The notes under the pieces: generated by a model | Seen by the model: only the letters and a program-made list of their open reading frames with translations | Database searches by the model: none | Told to the model about the DNA's origin: nothing | Position numbers and translations under genes: made by a program | Shown: positions 27,965-38,466 of the stretch, piece by piece | Position numbering within the stretch: position 1 is the first letter of the stretch | Layout: every line of letters begins with the position of its first letter | Virus genome (UHGV): UHGV-1366603 | Source of the DNA: a virus | Strand: one strand, 5' to 3' | DNA length: 64,000 nucleotides

Positions 27965-29740
27965 GTGTTTAAAGATGCAATCAGAAAGCTTAAAGAGGAT
28001 GGCAAAATAGTACCCTTTAACCGAGCGATTGCGGAAGGTGTCGGTTATACACAGGCCAAAGACGGTATACACGAGCGTGTTCAGATTATCTTGAAACGTG
28101 AGCTGGATTATCATCCTGTTGATAATCCGCGTGTTCCTGAAGGGCTGGCTGTATTAGGCGTACGGTTAATGTCACCGTTTGAAACGTTCATCTATAAGCT
28201 GTCTCGTTCTGAGAGCAGCAGAATGGATAGACGTCGTGGCGTGATGTCCATTGCGAATACCGATGCGTATATGGTCATGTCAACATTCCGTATTCCAGGA
28301 GATTCTCGACCGATCTCAAGACCGATTAACTTACCCTTTATCCGTCGTGGCGGTTTAATGAACTATTACGGTACGACGTATCACGTTGCACCGGTTATTC
28401 ACCAGCCAGGTATCTGTCGCGAACACGGTGGGGTATTTGTTAACTTTGACTTTAAACGTAAAGCCTCGTTGAAATTCTGTAAGCAACCTGTCCGTGTGTT
28501 AGTCAACGGTAAAAAAGAGGAGCTATTCTTACCAGGCACCAAAAACCTGTTCAAAGCGAAGAACGCAACACATCCTGATACTGACGAGAAACCGTTAATG
28601 TATTGGTTGTTCGGACGTTACGGATTTAAAGAAGCGATTAAACGCTATACTGGTGTTGATGTAGAAATTTATCCGTCGTTTAAGATCCCAGAACTCGATC
28701 TCAACGAGAAAGTTGTAATCAGTTCCGGTGAATCGAAATATAACCGTTCGATAATGTACGCGGTTGTCGTACCCGCAGAAGCATTGCCGAACGTGGATAA
28801 AGTTGGTTGGGATCAAAACGAGCATTTGTTGCTGGCCGCAATTGCTGCGTTCTTCAAAGCCGCTCACTACTATTGCAGTAAACAATCTATTAAGAACGGT
28901 AACGTCACGCCGCTCCCGCCGCTGTTTACCGCAATTAATGAGTTAGCGATGGAAGACGATATTGCTAACCTGAACTCTGCTCCGATTTGGCGTGAGATTC
29001 TGGGAAGAAGTATCGTAGGACTAAAACCTTCCGATATTGAGTTAGCACACAGTATGGCGAAACACTATACTGAATGCGATCGCTACGTTAACTCAACGTT
29101 CCGTGCAGAACTGAAGATGACCGATCCTGACATTCCAGACGACATGGATATGTTTGATTTCTTCTGGTATGCAACGAAACTGATGGTACGTACCCGGTTG
29201 ACCAAACAGGGTGACATTCCGTCGATGTACGGAAAACGTTTAACCGTGACTGACTACTTACTGTTAGGTGACCGTGGGTTTACACCAACGGTAGCGGCTA
29301 TTCGTTTCCATCTGGGACAAACGGAGAATCGTTCGCCAGAATCCTGCGCGAATATGATTCGTAGCGCACTCAATAAAGAAATTGTCACGAGTCTGGTGTT
29401 GCGTAATATCACCGGTAACGGTGGTGTAAGCTATTTCAACGCATCAACAGAGTCCATGGTACTAGGAGTATCCACACACGCAATCAGTCAAACTGAAACG
29501 GAATCTAAACGTAACAGCAAAGGCGGTAAAACGGTTAACCTTAACGACCGTACGAAACATGCTTCTGCATCGCACCTAGAATGCGGTAACGTTTATTACA
29601 TTCCGAAGTCGTCCCCATTCAAATGGGGTGTCCTTAACCCGTACATGAAAACTAACCGTCAGTTAGTGATGGTCCGTAATCCAAAACTTGACGAGTTAAT
29701 CCAAGCAACCGAAGAAGACATTGCGAAGATTGGCCGTTAA
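27965..29740 (+). CDS. hypothetical protein (591 aa)
   Basis: ORF with AAGGAG RBS and apparent GTG start. Confidence 0.7.
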   Translation: MFKDAIRKLKEDGKIVPFNRAIAEGVGYTQAKDGIHERVQIILKRELDYHPVDNPRVPEGLAVLGVRLMSPFETFIYKLSRSESSRMDRRRGVMSIANTDAYMVMSTFRIPGDSRPISRPINLPFIRRGGLMNYYGTTYHVAPVIHQPGICREHGGVFVNFDFKRKASLKFCKQPVRVLVNGKKEELFLPGTKNLFKAKNATHPDTDEKPLMYWLFGRYGFKEAIKRYTGVDVEIYPSFKIPELDLNEKVVISSGESKYNRSIMYAVVVPAEALPNVDKVGWDQNEHLLLAAIAAFFKAAHYYCSKQSIKNGNVTPLPPLFTAINELAMEDDIANLNSAPIWREILGRSIVGLKPSDIELAHSMAKHYTECDRYVNSTFRAELKMTDPDIPDDMDMFDFFWYATKLMVRTRLTKQGDIPSMYGKRLTVTDYLLLGDRGFTPTVAAIRFHLGQTENRSPESCANMIRSALNKEIVTSLVLRNITGNGGVSYFNASTESMVLGVSTHAISQTETESKRNSKGGKTVNLNDRTKHASASHLECGNVYYIPKSSPFKWGVLNPYMKTNRQLVMVRNPKLDELIQATEEDIAKIGR

Positions 29741-29779
29741 CCACGAAAGACGTATTAAGACCTATTAGGAGAATTAAGA

Positions 29780-31390
29780 ATGGCAAGCTACAGTGAAACT
29801 CGTGAATTTATCTTGAAAGTTTTTATGGCTAAACAGGATCAACTGTTGAACTATCTCGTCGACGCGATGAACGCGAAAGGGATAAAAGAAGATCCGTTTG
29901 TTAATGCAGCCTGCATTGTGGGTAACTGGTATCTGCAAAACCGTCGTCCTATTGACCAAACTAACGTTGCGGTTATCGAAACCTTTAAGGCAACGCTCTA
30001 TAGCCGTCTGTTAGGTTTAGGTCTGACCCCGTTGCAGCCGGACATTCATAGCGCGTTAGAGAAAGCGTTTGTGCTGGCGAATCAGCTTGCAGAAGAAGCC
30101 CGTCGTGCAGGGCAGGGTGGATTTGGTGTACGTACTGAACCGGTTAACTTCGGTATTCAGAATTCGCAGAATGCGCAACCAACTGCACCGATTCAGGGTT
30201 CTTCTGTACCGATGGCCAGCTATACTCCGGCCGGTGTAACAGTGCAACCTGTACAACCCGCTCCGGTATTCGGCGGTACTCCGCAACCTCAACCTCAGCC
30301 GCAAACGCAGCCTGCTATTATTCAGCCGACTGTTCCGCAGGAAGTGATGAATAAAAGCAAGCCTGTGGATATGAATAAGGAAACGATGGATGACATCATT
30401 CAACGTGCTAACCGTCCTCACCATGACATTTTGCGGGTAGAAATTGTGGAAGACTATTTAGATCACGAGCTGAAAGAAAAGATTCAGCAAAACGTTGTTT
30501 CGCCGAAAGAAGCTAACACACGCGTCAAGAATTCTGTGTATGCAGAACATCGTGACTGGGGTGATAAGGTTAGTGAACTGGTTGAAGATAACGACAAACA
30601 ATATTGCTCGTATGACGATGCGGGTATCATGGTGAAAGTCGAAAGCGAATATCGTCTGTATCCGATGGCACAGACTGAAACTTCTGCGGTGTATCTCCAG
30701 GAGTTTTATAGCTCGGTTCGCCAGATTATCGACGATCTCGATACCGTACGTGATATTGACGATATTGAAAAGCTGATGGAGCGTGTTTCTAACGACGTCT
30801 TCAGACTGCGTGACCTTGCACAGCGTCTGTTAATGTACTTCCTCACCAAATCTGATGAGAATGAAACGTATCGTAGCGAATGCTCAGCGTTTACTCGTCG
30901 TTTCATTGCAACATTAACCGTGCTGGTTCACAACGCGATCTCCGTGGCATCTGCTTACGGTAAAGACGTTCCGGGTACGAAATTCGTACAGTTGGAATGC
31001 TGCCTGGATGACATGACCTACTTTAAAGAGACAGTGTATGGTCGTACCATCGGTGAAAACGGCGTGAGCAAGTCTGCGGATTACTTCCGTGAAATGTTCC
31101 TGCTGATTGCGCGTTCTCTGCGTAAGCTGCACATTCGTCTGACCTGCGATAATAAAGCCATTGAACTGTCTCAGGTAACGTACACGATTTCTCTGCAAGC
31201 AGATTATCAATCCGCTAACGATCGTCATATCGTGGAAATCTCATCGTTTGGTAATAGCTTCGAACCGATTGTTTCAATCTACGAAGTCATTAACCAGAAA
31301 GCACCAGAAGCGTTCATTAAACTTAAGACCCCGTCTCACGTTTATTCGCTACTGAGCACCGGTGACGTTACTGCACCAGTTCGTTATTAA
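29780..31390 (+). CDS. hypothetical protein (536 aa) with Pro/Gln-rich linker
   Basis: TAGGAGAAT RBS; PQPQPQPQTQP linker. Confidence 0.8.
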   Translation: MASYSETREFILKVFMAKQDQLLNYLVDAMNAKGIKEDPFVNAACIVGNWYLQNRRPIDQTNVAVIETFKATLYSRLLGLGLTPLQPDIHSALEKAFVLANQLAEEARRAGQGGFGVRTEPVNFGIQNSQNAQPTAPIQGSSVPMASYTPAGVTVQPVQPAPVFGGTPQPQPQPQTQPAIIQPTVPQEVMNKSKPVDMNKETMDDIIQRANRPHHDILRVEIVEDYLDHELKEKIQQNVVSPKEANTRVKNSVYAEHRDWGDKVSELVEDNDKQYCSYDDAGIMVKVESEYRLYPMAQTETSAVYLQEFYSSVRQIIDDLDTVRDIDDIEKLMERVSNDVFRLRDLAQRLLMYFLTKSDENETYRSECSAFTRRFIATLTVLVHNAISVASAYGKDVPGTKFVQLECCLDDMTYFKETVYGRTIGENGVSKSADYFREMFLLIARSLRKLHIRLTCDNKAIELSQVTYTISLQADYQSANDRHIVEISSFGNSFEPIVSIYEVINQKAPEAFIKLKTPSHVYSLLSTGDVTAPVRY

Positions 31391-31400
31391 GTTTGGATTG

Positions 31401-31427
31401 GGGGTGGAAACATCCCCATTTTTAAGG
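31401..31427 (+). terminator. weak intrinsic terminator
   Basis: TGGGG-TGGAAACAT-CCCCA then TTTTT. Confidence 0.4.
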
Positions 31428-31434
31428 AGTGTGT

Positions 31435-31683
31435 ATGGCCGCTTATGTTGATTACAGTAAAGCCAAGATAGAGCTAAACGTAATTGATACCGTAGAGCGT
31501 TTAAAGCAACAACTTTCTTTGGAGTTATATCAACTTCGCGTCCGTATTCACGAGCGTGAACAACTTATTGAGAAACGTCCATTATTTATCGACGAGAAGC
31601 AGGTAAAACTTATCACTGCGGAGTTAGAAGTTATGGCCACAGAGAAACTGTTACTCGAAGAACGTATCGCTGCTATTGGTTAA
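31435..31683 (+). CDS. small coiled-coil protein (82 aa)
   Basis: AAGGAG RBS 5 nt upstream of ATG (track starts at GTG 31429). Confidence 0.7.
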   Translation: MAAYVDYSKAKIELNVIDTVERLKQQLSLELYQLRVRIHEREQLIEKRPLFIDEKQVKLITAELEVMATEKLLLEERIAAIG

Positions 31684-31693
31684 TCACCACACA

Positions 31694-31727
31694 AGGAGAG
31701 CTTCGGCTCTCCTCCTTTATTTTTATT
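31694..31727 (+). terminator. intrinsic terminator (UUCG tetraloop)
   Basis: GGAGAGC-TTCG-GCTCTCC then T-rich tail. Confidence 0.8.
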
Positions 31728-31771
31728 CCCCAATTTATTATAGCCGCCCACTATAGCGAGGGAATGAGGAA

Positions 31772-32071
31772 ATGATTAAATATGTTGTTATTAATGTAAA
31801 CTACGAACGTAGTCCACGTTTTCGCTTCGAATTACCTGAAACCAATGCAACCATGGAGTTTAATCGTTACCTGTTAGAACATTCAAACACCAAAGTCAAT
31901 CACGGTAGATACTGGCTTATCTACTATAATGCCCGTAATGAGTTACTGAAAGCCGTTAAGAAATCAGGTCAGTCAGAACTGTTAGCGAAACTGATGGCGT
32001 TTGATAACGATCCTTTAGCGATAGGAATTATGTTAGACCTTGCTATCAATAAAGACGAGATAGCGTGGTGA
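31772..32071 (+). CDS. hypothetical protein (99 aa)
   Basis: ORF with GAGGA RBS. Confidence 0.7.
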   Translation: MIKYVVINVNYERSPRFRFELPETNATMEFNRYLLEHSNTKVNHGRYWLIYYNARNELLKAVKKSGQSELLAKLMAFDNDPLAIGIMLDLAINKDEIAW

Positions 32072-32077
32072 AAAAAA

Positions 32078-32133
32078 AAGAAAGCTACTCCGACCCCAGA
32101 AGGGTCGGAGTAAGCTCGAATTATTTTTTTTTT
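32078..32133. terminator. bidirectional intrinsic terminator
   Basis: A9 run, CTCCGACCC-CAGAA-GGGTCGGAG hairpin, T11 run, between convergent genes. Confidence 0.85.
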
Positions 32134-32138
32134 GCTAT

Positions 32139-34856
32139 TTAGAGAGTTTCATCGGTGTTTTCGTCTGTACCGGTATCCGTCTCGTCCGTGCCTTCAGTTG
32201 AAACGTCTTCTTCCGTTGTCGTATCGGTTTCTGTCGTTTCATCATCGGTCATGTCCAAGTCTTCATCACCGCCCAGATCGTCACCACCTAAGTCCTCATC
32301 GCCTCCTAAGCCACCGTCATCTTCAGTGCCGCCACCAAAGTCGCTACCACCGCCGAAGTTATTGGCGTCTTCAGGATTCAGATCGGCTGCTTTTGCTAAC
32401 GTCTGAACTTTACCTGTCGCACGTTTTGCTAACTGAATCAGCGTCTTCGATGCCGCTGCAATTTCATCAGAAATCATCTTGACGTTTTCACCACGTTTAT
32501 CTTCATCGTAGATCAAATCAAACAGATCGGTTTCGATGCCCTGATTACGTAGCCAGTTGCGCGCGTAGAAGGTCTTAACCATCGTCTTGAGGTCATCAGG
32601 TGACATTTCAATACCTTCGTTCTGAAGCATATTAGCAATGTCATCCGTGACCACCAGATCTGCAAGTTTCTCGATAAATTCATAGCGTTTATCGAAGAGA
32701 TCAGCTTGAGATGCTGTTGCAGAAGTATCGGGCGGCGGCAAGGTGACCTTCATACCGTTGATAAACTTCGCCATATACTCTGACGTTTGTTTTGTCATCT
32801 CTTCGCTAGTTACATTCGGATTCTGCTCACGGATATACTCAACGATAATACGGATGAGTTCTGCTTGCAGTTTCGGTGAAGCTTGCAGACTGTTTGTAAC
32901 GTAGCGCGTAAGCGGGGTTGAGAGAATTTCCTGTTTCTTCACAATCTGTTGAGTAACCAACAGCGATTTAGAATAAATCTGAGAAGCAAACTCCAGGTTC
33001 TCCGGGGTAAGTACAAGGTCAGGATCAACACACGCGATGTGACATGTACGGCGTAACAGGTTCTCGTCGATTTGTTGATCAGGAACTTTATACTCCGGCG
33101 TGGTATCAGACACAGACACTTTGTGGCTGGCGTAGTAATCGTTACCCGTTACGTTAAAGGCAATCCCCGCATTAGCCCCCATTGACCAGGCGTCGTTGAT
33201 ATCGCCCCACATCGGCAGACGTCGATTGTAGGAGTTAAGGATATCTGATTTAACTTGGTCAACGGTTTTCTGACCGTTTGCATCATCTGGTGACAGCTCA
33301 ATGTCATACTGCATGTGACGTGCCGAGTTCAGTACAGATGAGTTCATCGTTGCGAACAGCAGCGCCATCCTGACAGTAGAGATAATAAAGGAGCGTTCAG
33401 TAATAGAAACCCCGATACCGTCCTCGTTAAAGTCCGTTGCAAAATAGCATAGGTTATTAACCGGAATGTAAACCACCTGAGTATGACGTTTTGCGAGATG
33501 ACGCGCCAACAGAATACGACCGAATGTTTCGGTAATATTCATGCTGATTTCTGCGCCACCTAGTGCCTGACTTAATGCGCGAGCAAATTCGTTTTCAGCG
33601 ATTTCACCACAACGTGCACTTAAACGGTTGGCGATTTCCGGGGTAATACGAGAAGTGTTCCCTAAGCCCAGATTAGAACGGTTAATGATGCTGTCCGTCA
33701 TCCCGTCGTTATTCAGGTAGTTCATAAAGTTCGCATCGCCGTACAGCGAGGAGCGAGCATTGATGAAGTTACCCATGTCATCTACGATGGTCAGATAACC
33801 AATAGGGTTACGAACGTCATCGCCAATTACCAGTGGCAGCGTTGACTCTGCGGGCAGTAAACGTTCGATGTATTCGATTTTGTTATTCTCATCCATTGAG
33901 ATAATAGGAATATCACCGTACGTTTGTGTTTTCGGTGTTGACTTATACGCCTCGTTTAAATCGCCCAAGTTAATGAACCCTTTTTCAGCAGCGTCACGCT
34001 GACGGTCATCGAAAGATTGGTTAGGGTCGAACGGACTGCCACCGTTTGGTGTAGACGGCTTTTCATATGCGGCTTGCTCTAATTGCCCGTACAATCCCGT
34101 ACGTGCGTTCTCATGCGCGATACGACGATACAAATCCGGCAGCATGGTAATGCGTGGGTTATCGGTAATCGTGATTTCCATCTGGAATTTATCCGAGAAC
34201 ATCGAATCATGCTTACCGAAATCGATTTTCAACGTTTGAGGACCAGTAACGGCTCCGTGTAAACGGTTGAGAATTGATTCTACACCAACTCGCTGCCCTT
34301 CTTTCGGCGCATTAATAGGCCCGAGAATACCAAGCTGTTGTTCGAAGAACGCCGTTTGAGAACGACGAACAGATTCAGTAGCGACCTTTGTATTCAGGCC
34401 GAATAATTGGTCGAAGCCGGTATCCGAGATTATCATCACTGGACTTGCGCCTTTGGTTTTTAACGCATCGTAAATCCACTGATATAATTTCTTAGGTAGC
34501 TGACGAATGTTATCGTGATAATCACGGGTCGGTGTCAGTAGCGCGTTACGCAGATCAATGGGGATGTCCGCGATGTTGTCGTAAATCAACGTCGTGTTGA
34601 TTAAGTCTTTTGTTGATAGCAGGCTCGAAGTTGCAATAGTAACGATTGTTTCGAGTTCAGGTAACGCATCAAAGATACGTTCCGCATTTTTGATAGTACG
34701 AATACGTGAACTCGCAATTGCCGTGAGTTCTTGACGTGTTGGCGTAGAACCACCCTCGCTACGCGTACCGCGTTGTTGCTGAGGTGCTGGGCCCGTAGTT
34801 TTACGAAGAATTGCAGCTACGGCGGGGTCGCCCGTTAATTTACTAATATCGTCCAT
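32139..34856 (-). CDS. large protein (905 aa) with Gly/Asp/Glu/Thr-rich acidic C-terminal tail; candidate portal or other head protein
   Basis: Long minus ORF; C-terminus GGGSDFGGGTEDDGGLGGDEDLGGDDLGGDEDL…TDETDTGTDENTDETL; GGAG RBS. Confidence 0.8.
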   Translation of the reverse strand: MDDISKLTGDPAVAAILRKTTGPAPQQQRGTRSEGGSTPTRQELTAIASSRIRTIKNAERIFDALPELETIVTIATSSLLSTKDLINTTLIYDNIADIPIDLRNALLTPTRDYHDNIRQLPKKLYQWIYDALKTKGASPVMIISDTGFDQLFGLNTKVATESVRRSQTAFFEQQLGILGPINAPKEGQRVGVESILNRLHGAVTGPQTLKIDFGKHDSMFSDKFQMEITITDNPRITMLPDLYRRIAHENARTGLYGQLEQAAYEKPSTPNGGSPFDPNQSFDDRQRDAAEKGFINLGDLNEAYKSTPKTQTYGDIPIISMDENNKIEYIERLLPAESTLPLVIGDDVRNPIGYLTIVDDMGNFINARSSLYGDANFMNYLNNDGMTDSIINRSNLGLGNTSRITPEIANRLSARCGEIAENEFARALSQALGGAEISMNITETFGRILLARHLAKRHTQVVYIPVNNLCYFATDFNEDGIGVSITERSFIISTVRMALLFATMNSSVLNSARHMQYDIELSPDDANGQKTVDQVKSDILNSYNRRLPMWGDINDAWSMGANAGIAFNVTGNDYYASHKVSVSDTTPEYKVPDQQIDENLLRRTCHIACVDPDLVLTPENLEFASQIYSKSLLVTQQIVKKQEILSTPLTRYVTNSLQASPKLQAELIRIIVEYIREQNPNVTSEEMTKQTSEYMAKFINGMKVTLPPPDTSATASQADLFDKRYEFIEKLADLVVTDDIANMLQNEGIEMSPDDLKTMVKTFYARNWLRNQGIETDLFDLIYDEDKRGENVKMISDEIAAASKTLIQLAKRATGKVQTLAKAADLNPEDANNFGGGSDFGGGTEDDGGLGGDEDLGGDDLGGDEDLDMTDDETTETDTTTEEDVSTEGTDETDTGTDENTDETL

Positions 34857-34867
34857 TGGGGTCTCCG

Positions 34868-37051
34868 ATGCAGAGATTTAACATATTTCGTGAACAGAAC
34901 ATCGCGTTGGCGAAATCACTGATTATTAAATCAGAATCAATCGCACAACAGATGAATCTGGCAATAACCGAGAACGGCGGTTTCGTTTCCGATAACCGAA
35001 GTACGTGGCGATACTACCTGCATTTAGCAGGACAACGTCACGAATGGGATAAGCCCATTTACATAACGTCGCTCGACACGCAAGAGCAGATAGAATTAAC
35101 GACAGCCAACCTGTCCCGTCATAAAAAGACCTCAAACGTATTTCGTTCGAACGGCGAGTACATTGAGGAGCTGATCAGAACGTATCCTGACTACGCGATT
35201 TATATCCGAGGTGTGTTTAATCCGGTGGATATAAACTACGCCATCCGTGTGGCCGACTGCTCTATCCTCTATTACGACAGTTCATTAGTGGAGTCGCAAG
35301 AGACGTCGCTGATGTCGAGATTGGAAGACAGAATAAGGGCAGCTCATGTTCGCTATATGTCAGAAGGGTGGAAAGTTCACAACGATGCGTTCGTGTTAGC
35401 GTTCTACTGTATTCTGTATCCGCAGCTACCCGGCATTATTGGTTACATCCGTTCTTCTTTACAGCATACCACGGAAACGCATTCGTTTTACGTGACAGAG
35501 TTCTTAGCATCACACCAAGAACTTCACGAGTTTATGCCTTATCTGACCCAGAAACAGAAATTCATTCTGTATCGGAATATTCGTTACTGGGAGCGTAACT
35601 CAGGGAAAGAGGAGATTTTCGACTGGCAGATTGATGCGCTACTGACAGGTTGGGGGATGCCTGCGGTTGGGTATAATGTTGCGCAACAGATACACGAACC
35701 GAAGGATGATGACGATTCCACGTTAACACCGTTACCGATTGGTTATCAGCAATCGCTTAACTATACGGAAAAGGATTCTGGTCGAGACCTTGACATTGTA
35801 ACGACGACGGACATTATCCAGAAGGAAGTCGCGTTAGCGTACAATAACCCGGCGTACGAACCGGAGTATCAGGAAGACTTAGATACCCGTTTAAGTTTAA
35901 CGCAATACCCTAACCTGAAAACCAAACTCATTGAAGTTACAGCAGTCGACCCAGAGGCGATTGAGCGCTTCGAGTATCTGCATAACCTCTTTAACGAATG
36001 GGTACATCTCGTCGCGAAAGGGAAATACAACATTTACCACGAGATTCTTAACCCAACAAACGGGGATACCTTAAAGCTTAGCTCAAAAGAGTTATTGGCG
36101 CTGTTCTTGTACGCGGCGTATAAAGGGTATTCTGACGTTGCGTTAGAAGAGATTCCTGTGTTCAACGTATTCGGGGTGTTAATCAAACGCTGGGTTCCAT
36201 TCGACGAAATGGAACAACATTTAATCCCGAGCTGGGAAAACCGTTTCGATGCGTTGATTAACTATTATACCGATACGCACACAGAAGTCGTCGGAACGAT
36301 TCTCAGTGCTGACGAACTCTACGACACGGTTAATGAAATCATTACCCAGAAACGTCGTCGTTGGCGTTATAGCCAAAACCGTCGGAAGATTCCTGACCGC
36401 GCTGCGGGCTTGATGCTGTTTAACTACCATTATCGTGATTATCGTTGCGATTTAAAACTGAACTACCGTAACTACGATGAGTTCTTTAAAACGTTTGGGT
36501 TAGATTATACGTTGGTTTCTGCGGAGACGTGGCAAGACATTGCTATTGACGCGTTTAACACCGCAACTAACCTCGAAACCCGCGCAACGATTTCACAGTC
36601 TGAGATTCAGCGTGCGATGGTACGACTGATGACGAAGCTGTCATCCTACACCGTACATTTTGCTGCACGAATGGGGTCAGATTCTTACGACGTTATGGAC
36701 CCGCTCTGTCCTATCTTAGGGGATATCCCTATGAGTGGGGAGGGGTCGGTTACCATTATTGAACCCCTCTTAGGCGTACAGCAAGTTACGCGTCACCAGT
36801 ATATGTCCACCGACACTGTGTTACCGGCAGCGCCTGTTATTAAAGAACTGTCGATGCCGCAGCACATCAAACTCAGGATGAACATTTACATGGGCATCCG
36901 AGTGAAAGTAACACAGCAGGTTGTGGTGGATATTAACGAGCCGACTACCGGGGTTGTTAAAGTGAAATCTTCGCTTGACGATTGGACGTTAAACGAACAG
37001 GTGAAAATTAACGATCTGGACGGCTTCACGCTTGACCAGCTACCTAAGTGA
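34868..37051 (+). CDS. hypothetical large protein (727 aa)
   Basis: Start set at ATG 34868 (track uses TTG 34856); diverges 11 bp from 905-aa gene start. Confidence 0.8.
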   Translation: MQRFNIFREQNIALAKSLIIKSESIAQQMNLAITENGGFVSDNRSTWRYYLHLAGQRHEWDKPIYITSLDTQEQIELTTANLSRHKKTSNVFRSNGEYIEELIRTYPDYAIYIRGVFNPVDINYAIRVADCSILYYDSSLVESQETSLMSRLEDRIRAAHVRYMSEGWKVHNDAFVLAFYCILYPQLPGIIGYIRSSLQHTTETHSFYVTEFLASHQELHEFMPYLTQKQKFILYRNIRYWERNSGKEEIFDWQIDALLTGWGMPAVGYNVAQQIHEPKDDDDSTLTPLPIGYQQSLNYTEKDSGRDLDIVTTTDIIQKEVALAYNNPAYEPEYQEDLDTRLSLTQYPNLKTKLIEVTAVDPEAIERFEYLHNLFNEWVHLVAKGKYNIYHEILNPTNGDTLKLSSKELLALFLYAAYKGYSDVALEEIPVFNVFGVLIKRWVPFDEMEQHLIPSWENRFDALINYYTDTHTEVVGTILSADELYDTVNEIITQKRRRWRYSQNRRKIPDRAAGLMLFNYHYRDYRCDLKLNYRNYDEFFKTFGLDYTLVSAETWQDIAIDAFNTATNLETRATISQSEIQRAMVRLMTKLSSYTVHFAARMGSDSYDVMDPLCPILGDIPMSGEGSVTIIEPLLGVQQVTRHQYMSTDTVLPAAPVIKELSMPQHIKLRMNIYMGIRVKVTQQVVVDINEPTTGVVKVKSSLDDWTLNEQVKINDLDGFTLDQLPK

Positions 37052-37058
37052 GAAAACC

Positions 37059-37586
37059 ATGGCATATCGCGTCGACTTAACGAAAACTCCGAAACAAATT
37101 CTGGTAGATCGTATTAACTACGTTTTCGGGGTATCCTATACCACTGATAACATCGATTTTAACGATAAAGGTGTGCAGCCACTGACGAAAGACGAAGCCC
37201 GTCGTTACGGACTGGAATCGAAAGTGGCGGCCGACTTTAAAAACGGTGTTACAGGGAACCAGGAATTCATCTTAACCCGTGTTGACCTGGCAACGTTCTT
37301 AGCTGACGAACCGGTTACAGTACCGAAAGGCGAAGTAACCAGCAGCCAAGAACTGGCAGACTATATCGTTGCCCAGACCGGTATTGATTTGACCAAAGAT
37401 GACATTATGATCGAGCCTATCAGTGAGGAACTCGATTCTTATGATGTTCGCTTAGTCCCGAATCACTTATCTTTTAAAGGAACGATTCCGGTCGTATTTA
37501 CTGACCCCACACCACGCACGTTGGCGTCTCTCGTGACGAAACTTGCGCTGGACGGGTTCCGCCCTGGAGAATTAATCAATGTCTAA
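37059..37586 (+). CDS. hypothetical protein (175 aa)
   Basis: Start set at first ATG (track TTG at 37032 overlaps upstream gene). Confidence 0.65.
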   Translation: MAYRVDLTKTPKQILVDRINYVFGVSYTTDNIDFNDKGVQPLTKDEARRYGLESKVAADFKNGVTGNQEFILTRVDLATFLADEPVTVPKGEVTSSQELADYIVAQTGIDLTKDDIMIEPISEELDSYDVRLVPNHLSFKGTIPVVFTDPTPRTLASLVTKLALDGFRPGELINV

Positions 37587-38466
37587 TGTCAAAGTTTACG
37601 ACGGTAAACTCTCGACGGTAACACTTAATGCGATGCGTCTGGCTACCGCATTAATTACCGGTGCCGATGTGCAATACCCACAGAAGTCCACACTGAATGA
37701 GTTTTATAAGCTCATGCAAACCCCAGTGCCGGACGGTAAAGCACGTCCCCATTTGCAGTACATGGCGATTGGTAACCGTGGCCACATGGTCGACACATCA
37801 GACGTTGTTGCTGATGTTGTTCCTGTAGCTAAAGAACCTATCGCGTCCGGGATGTTTTCACGCGTTCCGTTTGTCCTGCGTACTAAAGACAACGATTTGT
37901 CTGATGAACAGCGTAAGAACTACGCTTTCCGTACTCTGGAAACCATCAACAAACGTGAGTATTGGGCGTACTACTTAAAACGCATTGACATGCGTGCAGT
38001 AAAAACTACCGACTACGACATTAAGCGTGAGAACGGTGTTGAAACTGTAGAAGACTTTGTCTATACGGATACTGAACTGAACCCGGTACCGAAAGTGTTA
38101 CCGGACTACGATTACGACGATGACGGTACCGTTGCAATTCCTGACGGCCGTTATGTGGAATCAGGCGCAGACCTGGTTATTCCGTGGACGGACTTTGACG
38201 TTCAGGAGTACATGAACGTGACCAGCATTATGCGCGGTAGCCCTCGTAGTTCGATTATCTCTGAACTGGCACTGTGCTCTGGTTTAGACCAAGTAACGTC
38301 TGGTGACTCTGCCACAGGTTCGAAGTTCAGCTACACTGAAGCTATCGGTGTACAAGCCCTGTATTACATTTCGATGTTTACTAACCTGGCGCAGACGAAC
38401 GATAAACTGTCACTGACAATCCGTATCGGTCAACCTGCACCGTTCTTCTTAGGGACAGCGAATTAA
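37579..38466 (+). CDS. hypothetical protein (295 aa)
   Basis: GGAGA RBS, 8-nt overlap with upstream gene. Confidence 0.8.
   Translation: MSNVKVYDGKLSTVTLNAMRLATALITGADVQYPQKSTLNEFYKLMQTPVPDGKARPHLQYMAIGNRGHMVDTSDVVADVVPVAKEPIASGMFSRVPFVLRTKDNDLSDEQRKNYAFRTLETINKREYWAYYLKRIDMRAVKTTDYDIKRENGVETVEDFVYTDTELNPVPKVLPDYDYDDDGTVAIPDGRYVESGADLVIPWTDFDVQEYMNVTSIMRGSPRSSIISELALCSGLDQVTSGDSATGSKFSYTEAIGVQALYYISMFTNLAQTNDKLSLTIRIGQPAPFFLGTAN

Noticed and set aside
32155-32406. 83-aa Ser/Pro-rich plus-strand ORF
   Set aside because: Antisense to the repetitive acidic C-terminal tail of the 905-aa minus-strand gene; low-complexity shadow.
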